Shown one piece after another: positions 58,783 to 64,000 of a stretch of 64,000 bases of DNA. A program made the position numbers and the translations under genes. The notes under the pieces are model-generated. The model ran no database searches, was not told where the DNA came from, and was given only the letters and a program-made list of their open reading frames with translations. The stretch is from assembly GCA_963664815.2 (NCBI GenBank), contig CAXXHB010000003.1, positions 1,152,001 to 1,216,000 on the forward strand, in the 5' to 3' direction. The stretch comes from Spirochaetota bacterium. Lineage in GTDB: Bacteria > Spirochaetota > UBA4802 > UBA5550. Each line of letters starts with the position of its first letter. The first letter of the stretch is position 1.

Positions 58783-60083
58783 AAAAAGATTTAGCTCCTC
58801 TCGGTTCAAAATTTCTTCCGGCAGAAATAGCAAATATTGACGGCGGTAGAGAAGTTTATTCTCTTGAGAATGAATTTTCCACAACTAAAAAGAATAAAAA
58901 CTGGATGGTTTATATCATTGTATTGATATTTATATTGCTCATAGCAGCATTTACCTCTTTTTTTACATATTATGCAAGTGAAAAAGATAAAAATATTGAT
59001 ATCAGTATAAGTGAATTTAATGATCTGAGACTCAAGGAGATTCTGAATTCCTCCAGGCTGGCAGAAAACAATATTCAGATCAGAAATAATGAATTACAGG
59101 CCCTTATAGTTGAGATGAAAAATCAGATTCTGGAAATTAACAACAGGTATCTGATAAAAGAAAACTCCATCCTTGATAAAGGAATGGCAGTTGCTGCAAC
59201 AAATGAAAGAATCAGTGAGTTGAAAGGTGCTGAGCAGGGTGAAATAAACAAAGTAAAGGCTCAATATGAATCAAAGATCAATGAGAAGAGAAATCAGATC
59301 AGCAGAATACAGGCAGAGAAAAGGGCTGAAGAGATAAAGCTTGAGAAAGCGAGAAAGGGAATTGGTAATATTGGTGATGAAAGTAAAGTTTATGAGATGA
59401 ATATGAAAAATTTATCCGAAGCTTCTCAAAGCGGACTCACCATGATGGCTGATTATTACAACAGATATGTCAATTATATAATTCTTAAATACAATCCCGT
59501 CTTTTCAACAAATGATCTGAAGGTCAATCTTGAAAAGAACAGTAAAAAAAATGAGAGTAAAAATCTCAGAGATTTTGATGAACTGTTTCAGAAAGAGAAT
59601 GTGATCAGCAGAAAGCGTTTTGATGATCTTCGTGTAAAAATATCTGAACATGATCTGCTTCTCCAGAGGCTTATTGGAGTAGGATATGAAAACTCCATCC
59701 CACCTGCATTGAAAAGTATAGATAATCTTTCTTCATCGATTGTCAATGATTATGAAAATCTCTGGTTCGGTCTCGTGTCTACCGTTAAACAGAAAAATTC
59801 CCAGATAGAAGATTATAAAATAGCACTTGATGCAGTTTTAAAAGAGCGACCTGAAAGCGGATATATAATATCTTCTGAAAATTCTTCAAAAATATCTATA
59901 CATATTAACAGATTGCTGACTGTGAAGGAAGGGGATACAGGTCTTGTATTCCGTACTGATGATAAGTATATAGGAAAAATTGAGTTCTATAAAACTGCAG
60001 ATGGCATGAAAGCTAAAGTTGTAAGTCTTGCAGGATCAAATAAACTGAAACCATTTGACAGAATACTAATTAAGATTAAGTAG
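58761..60083 (+). CDS. Membrane-anchored coiled-coil hypothetical protein
   Basis: Single TM, long heptad region, small beta-rich C-terminal domain; overlaps the cyclase by 22 nt. Confidence 0.82.
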   Translation: MANDNEVKKDLAPLGSKFLPAEIANIDGGREVYSLENEFSTTKKNKNWMVYIIVLIFILLIAAFTSFFTYYASEKDKNIDISISEFNDLRLKEILNSSRLAENNIQIRNNELQALIVEMKNQILEINNRYLIKENSILDKGMAVAATNERISELKGAEQGEINKVKAQYESKINEKRNQISRIQAEKRAEEIKLEKARKGIGNIGDESKVYEMNMKNLSEASQSGLTMMADYYNRYVNYIILKYNPVFSTNDLKVNLEKNSKKNESKNLRDFDELFQKENVISRKRFDDLRVKISEHDLLLQRLIGVGYENSIPPALKSIDNLSSSIVNDYENLWFGLVSTVKQKNSQIEDYKIALDAVLKERPESGYIISSENSSKISIHINRLLTVKEGDTGLVFRTDDKYIGKIEFYKTADGMKAKVVSLAGSNKLKPFDRILIKIK

Positions 60084-60090
60084 GTTTAAG

Positions 60091-60918
60091 ATGAAAAGAA
60101 AAGGATTTTGCATTTTAATATTTTTTATTATGTTCATTACTAATGCAGTGGCATATGATTGGAAATCTGCTGGTTTTGAAAAAACAGATTCAGGTGTAAC
60201 CGGCGATGAAAATTACTTAATGTTAAAAGACAGTAATTCTACAGTTTTAAAAATAAGATTCCAGGGTGAGCTGACAGATGCATGGGCTGTAAAGATTGTT
60301 GAGTTAAACAAGAAATTTTCTGAGTGGAAATATATGAAGCCTGATAATATAGATTATTTTATCACTGGTGAATCACTCGAAATTTTGATTATACCATCGG
60401 TTTTTAAATACCTCGAAAATGATTTTATACCATATATGCCCAGCGGCATGACATTTATATATGATTATGCGCTCAGGTATAATTTTCGCGTTACAAAAAA
60501 TGAAATATTTTTACGACTGAATGACAAGTTTATGGATGAGGAGTCACTCTGCAAAAGAATGAAAGAAGCGCTGGATGATCCAATTGCATATTTGAAAAAA
60601 AGAGAACCTGAATACTTTCTCCAGAAGTTAAATGAACTCGAAGAGAGTATGATTGAACTTAAAAATAATCACACTAAAAATAAGGATAGTCAGGATAAAC
60701 TTATCCAGTCAGTATTATATTTCCAGAACAAAGGATTTCTTGGTTTTGGTAATTCGCCGGTAAAAAGTAATGTCATTAAAAGGGTGATTGAGCTAAAAAC
60801 TGCTGATGCAAAAATCGATTTAAAAAAGATAAAAGAAACTCTTGATAAAGAAAAAATTGAAGCTACAAACAAGGAGGTAGAACTTATTTTAAATGTTTTC
60901 TATAATGAGTTTTACTGA
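60091..60918 (+). CDS. Secreted hypothetical protein
   Basis: Signal peptide ending AVA-Y; 275 aa; operonic spacing. Confidence 0.82.
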   Translation: MKRKGFCILIFFIMFITNAVAYDWKSAGFEKTDSGVTGDENYLMLKDSNSTVLKIRFQGELTDAWAVKIVELNKKFSEWKYMKPDNIDYFITGESLEILIIPSVFKYLENDFIPYMPSGMTFIYDYALRYNFRVTKNEIFLRLNDKFMDEESLCKRMKEALDDPIAYLKKREPEYFLQKLNELEESMIELKNNHTKNKDSQDKLIQSVLYFQNKGFLGFGNSPVKSNVIKRVIELKTADAKIDLKKIKETLDKEKIEATNKEVELILNVFYNEFY

Positions 60919-61691
60919 TGATTGTTGCCAGTTTTAATTGTAACTCAATAAGGGCGAGAATGCCTGTTCTTAAAAAATGGGTAAGCGATATTTCTCCTGA
61001 TGTTTTATCACTTCAGGAGACAAAGGTTTCTGATGAGGATTTTCCGAAAGATGAATTAACATCATTAGGGTATAATTCAGTTTTTAAGGGTGAAAAGTCT
61101 TATAATGGAGTAGCGATTCTTTCAAAGAAGAAAATTGATGAAGTATCCTACGGATTTGATGGTAAAGGTTTCGATGAAGGAACAAGGCTTATAACAGCAA
61201 AGATCGGTAAATTAAATATTGTAAATACTTATATCCCGCAGGGTGTTTCACCTGATTCTGAAAAATTTCAATATAAATTAAAGTGGTTCAGGAAGCTCGG
61301 GTTATTCTTTGACAGGGAATATAAACCGGGTGATTTTCTTATATGGCTTGGTGATTTCAATGTTGCGCCTGAACCCATTGATGTTCATAATCCTAAAAGA
61401 TTGATCGGGAATGTGGGTTATCATCCTGATGAGCATAAAGAGCTTTTATCTGTTAAAAGCTGGGGATTTACTGATCTTTACAGGAAGTTCAATCCGGAAA
61501 GTGGTAATTATACATTCTGGGATTACAGAGTCAAAGATGGCATTGCAAGGGGTCTTGGTTGGCGGGTGGATCATATATGGGGCACTGCTCCATTAGAAAA
61601 AAAGGTCACCAGATCATGGATTGATATTGCACCAAGGCTTATGGAAAAACCATCGGATCACACTCCGATTCTTGTGGATTTGAAGATTTGA
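60918..61691 (+). CDS. xth: Exodeoxyribonuclease III
   Basis: SFNCNSIRAR, LQETK, YNGVA, GDFNVAP, TFWDYR, RVDH, SDHTP. Confidence 0.97.
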   Translation: MIVASFNCNSIRARMPVLKKWVSDISPDVLSLQETKVSDEDFPKDELTSLGYNSVFKGEKSYNGVAILSKKKIDEVSYGFDGKGFDEGTRLITAKIGKLNIVNTYIPQGVSPDSEKFQYKLKWFRKLGLFFDREYKPGDFLIWLGDFNVAPEPIDVHNPKRLIGNVGYHPDEHKELLSVKSWGFTDLYRKFNPESGNYTFWDYRVKDGIARGLGWRVDHIWGTAPLEKKVTRSWIDIAPRLMEKPSDHTPILVDLKI

Positions 61692-62215
61692 AAAGAATTG
61701 TCTCTGCTTTAACTATTCTTATCTCGGGTCAATACCTGTTTCTTTTCAGTCAGGTTAAAGAACCTTTGACTCCAATAATCCCTTCAATAAATGATCAGAT
61801 TAATTTACAGATTTCCAAATTCAGGGTACGAGTAACCATTCAGGGGAGAAGTGATACAATTGAATGTGATGTTGAGTTAAACTCTGTTGCTTTGAAAACA
61901 CGGGATAATAGATCTCTCATGGTAAAAGACATCTCAAAGATTAATATTCTGACGTGGGAAAGATCGGGAAAATTAAAAAAAAGTATATTTTATCCATCAC
62001 GATATGAAATCCTTTTTCGCGATTACCGGAAAGAAATTATTAATGGCAATATTGAGTCAATTAACAGAATTAAAGCCGGTAATAAAAAATTTATCTATTT
62101 TTATTACTACGATTATTTTAAAAAGGGGAAATGGATCCACAGTGAATCTGCGGATATTAAAGTATCGGCAATAAAACCAGCAGATGGTTGTGCGGTAGCT
62201 ATAGAATTTCTTTGA
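61688..62215 (+). CDS. Hypothetical exported protein
   Basis: Signal-like N-terminus; overlaps xth by 4 nt. Confidence 0.7.
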   Translation: MKRIVSALTILISGQYLFLFSQVKEPLTPIIPSINDQINLQISKFRVRVTIQGRSDTIECDVELNSVALKTRDNRSLMVKDISKINILTWERSGKLKKSIFYPSRYEILFRDYRKEIINGNIESINRIKAGNKKFIYFYYYDYFKKGKWIHSESADIKVSAIKPADGCAVAIEFL

Positions 62216-62972
62216 TAAAAATTTCCAGCTCGTTATTAAAACCGTTACTGTTTTCAAAAAAAGGTACATGCCCTTCATCATCGAAAATAACGATTTTTGA
62301 ATTACTGATTTTTTCCTTCATACTCTTCGTTAAGGCAGCGGGTATCATCTGATCATACTTATTGGCAATTAAAAGAACCGGAGCTTCAATTTCTTTCAGT
62401 CTGGATTCATAATCTATTTTTGAGCAGAGTCTTAAATCCTGAATAATTGTATTTTTTTCCTCCTCAGTGATATTTTTTTGTGCTGCTAAAATAAAGATTC
62501 CGGCTTTTTTGTGAAATATTCTGGAAAGCATATTATTAAAAAAGCTATCAAAGTTGTTTATTGCAGCGTTGATCTGCATGCTGGTGACCGGTAATACCGG
62601 AGAAGTCGATATAAGAATTATTGCTTTGACTTTATCCCTATGCTTTAAATAATTTTCTAAACAAATTGCTCCCCCCATTGAATGACCTACAAGAATGTAT
62701 GAATCAATTTTTTCCTTTTTAACGATTGATTCAATGCTGCTGTTGTATACTTCAACTGATTGTTCGGCAACAAATGAAGATCGTCCATGTCCCGGGAGAT
62801 CAACTGCTATTGTTTTAAAGGATTTACCAAAATATTTAAGCTGATTGTGAAAAAACCGGGAATCTCCTGCAATGCCATGTATAAAAAAAACAGTAAATCC
62901 GTTTTTCACACCATTGACCCTGTAGAAAATGCCAGTTCCATTATTGTCAATATGATTCAATTCAAATCCCAT
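62199..62972 (-). CDS. Alpha/beta fold hydrolase
   Basis: FIHG, DLPGHGRS, GHSMGG nucleophile elbow, D..IP, GH. Confidence 0.94.
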   Translation of the reverse strand: MGFELNHIDNNGTGIFYRVNGVKNGFTVFFIHGIAGDSRFFHNQLKYFGKSFKTIAVDLPGHGRSSFVAEQSVEVYNSSIESIVKKEKIDSYILVGHSMGGAICLENYLKHRDKVKAIILISTSPVLPVTSMQINAAINNFDSFFNNMLSRIFHKKAGIFILAAQKNITEEEKNTIIQDLRLCSKIDYESRLKEIEAPVLLIANKYDQMIPAALTKSMKEKISNSKIVIFDDEGHVPFFENSNGFNNELEIFIKEIL

Positions 62973-63404
62973 ATTTTATTATATTAAAATTATTGATCAG
63001 GAATCAATAATAATATAAAATTATTAACTATATTTTAAATTTTTATTAATAATCAGTTTGTGGATGTATTCTATTGATAGTATTATGACAGTAGCTAATT
63101 AAAATCTAAAAAAACTTTCATGTATAATTTATCTTCTATTATTCAATAATTTAACTTTAGTAACTGACAGTTACATATAAACAGGAGATAAACATATTTA
63201 ATTATTATCATGAGTCAGTTTAAAATAATCAGTGCATGGCAGGTGTTGTAGTGTTTAATTTTTTTACAATATACTGCTTATTAAAAAATTATAAAGCAAA
63301 GTAAAGCTGATTATGTATTCCGTAATAAGGTTTATGCTTGACATATTTATTAATTATGGTATTTGATTATACCTGATAAAATAACTACTGGATCGGTTTA
63401 ATTT

Positions 63405-64000
63405 ATGGCAGCTGAAGAAAATGATTTTATAAAACAATTTGGCTTTTTTTCAAAATTGAAGATACGTTCAAAATTGATTTCAATGATCTCAATTATAATT
63501 GTTACTTCTCTTGCGGTGATGATTTCTCTTGCTACAATATTTTTCAAGAAAGATAATGAAGTAAGGATTAAGGAGAGTAACCTGACGATATCGCAGGTAA
63601 TAGCATCTAAAACTGAATCCGATTTTACAGCAATTGCAGAAAAAATAAATATCATGGCTACCACAATGCTGCAGGAGTTTAAATCAGATCAACAGAAAAA
63701 ACTTTTTACAAATCTGTTTTTCTCAAATGATAAAGATTTTTTATATGTCGCAATTGGAAGAAAAGAGAATGAGAAGGTGGTTTTTTACAGATCTATTTAT
63801 AATGAAAAATACTTCAGTGAGAACAAGATTGATATAAAGACACTTGACCAGATTAATAGTGAAAATTCCTCTAAATATATTAAAACATTCAATGATGAAG
63901 CGGTAGTACATAATGTTTCAGGTAAAATGGGTATGCCTGTTGTTGCTGTTACGATCCCTTTTCAGAGAGATGCACTTGATAAAGTTAATTCCATTGCAAT
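63405..64000 (+). CDS. Membrane sensor protein, probably a second spirochaete-type adenylate/guanylate cyclase (3' truncated by window edge)
   Basis: Open frame from ATG 63405 to the window end: KIRSKLISMISIIIVTSLAVMISLATIFF TM, then a Cache-like periplasmic region (HNVSGKMGMPVVAVTIP); catalytic domain not visible. Confidence 0.6.
   Translation, partial: MAAEENDFIKQFGFFSKLKIRSKLISMISIIIVTSLAVMISLATIFFKKDNEVRIKESNLTISQVIASKTESDFTAIAEKINIMATTMLQEFKSDQQKKLFTNLFFSNDKDFLYVAIGRKENEKVVFYRSIYNEKYFSENKIDIKTLDQINSENSSKYIKTFNDEAVVHNVSGKMGMPVVAVTIPFQRDALDKVNSIA

Noticed and set aside
57091-60083. Cyclase plus TM protein as a Pycsar/CBASS defence system
   Set aside because: The cyclase is a two-TM receptor type in a core-like operon, and the neighbour shows no cNMP-binding, TIR or SAVED motif
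66-63664. Many 60-210 aa ORFs antisense to, or in alternate frames of, recognised genes
   Set aside because: Shadow ORFs with no motifs or RBS that overlap well-supported genes

Overview
AT-rich (roughly one-third GC, by eye) core-genome window from a free-living spirochaete, probably related to the Leptospira lineage (Leptospira-type fliY-fliO-fliPQR-flhBAFG-fliA-fapA order, DUF1577-like PilZ protein, canonical Hfq; this is an inference). It holds housekeeping genes (lon end, tRNA-Leu, ndk, alaA, tRNA-Ser, dnaX-ybaB-recR, der, tsaEB, yicC-remA-gmk-rpoZ-miaA-hfq, argJ, coaD-rny-ymdB, hslO, xth), a flagellar export/switch/chemotaxis cluster, flgM with a consensus sigma-28 promoter, a TetR-TolC-HlyD-ABC efflux operon and a class III nucleotide cyclase operon. 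I see no CRISPR array, rRNA, prophage or transposase. The main signals outside the ORF track or not explained by simple annotation are: a three-copy MITE-like element with a REP-type core; a 189-bp degenerate tandem repeat; a decayed GGDEF gene where motA/motB would usually sit; an Fe-ADH homologue lacking all metal ligands next to flgM; a cyclase with non-canonical base-specifying residues; a histone-like protein with a sigma-28-like promoter; an ATT/ATC-initiated miaA; and an unannotated 29-aa basic ribosomal-type peptide. None is proven to be a new system. All family assignments come from motif recognition, not database searches.
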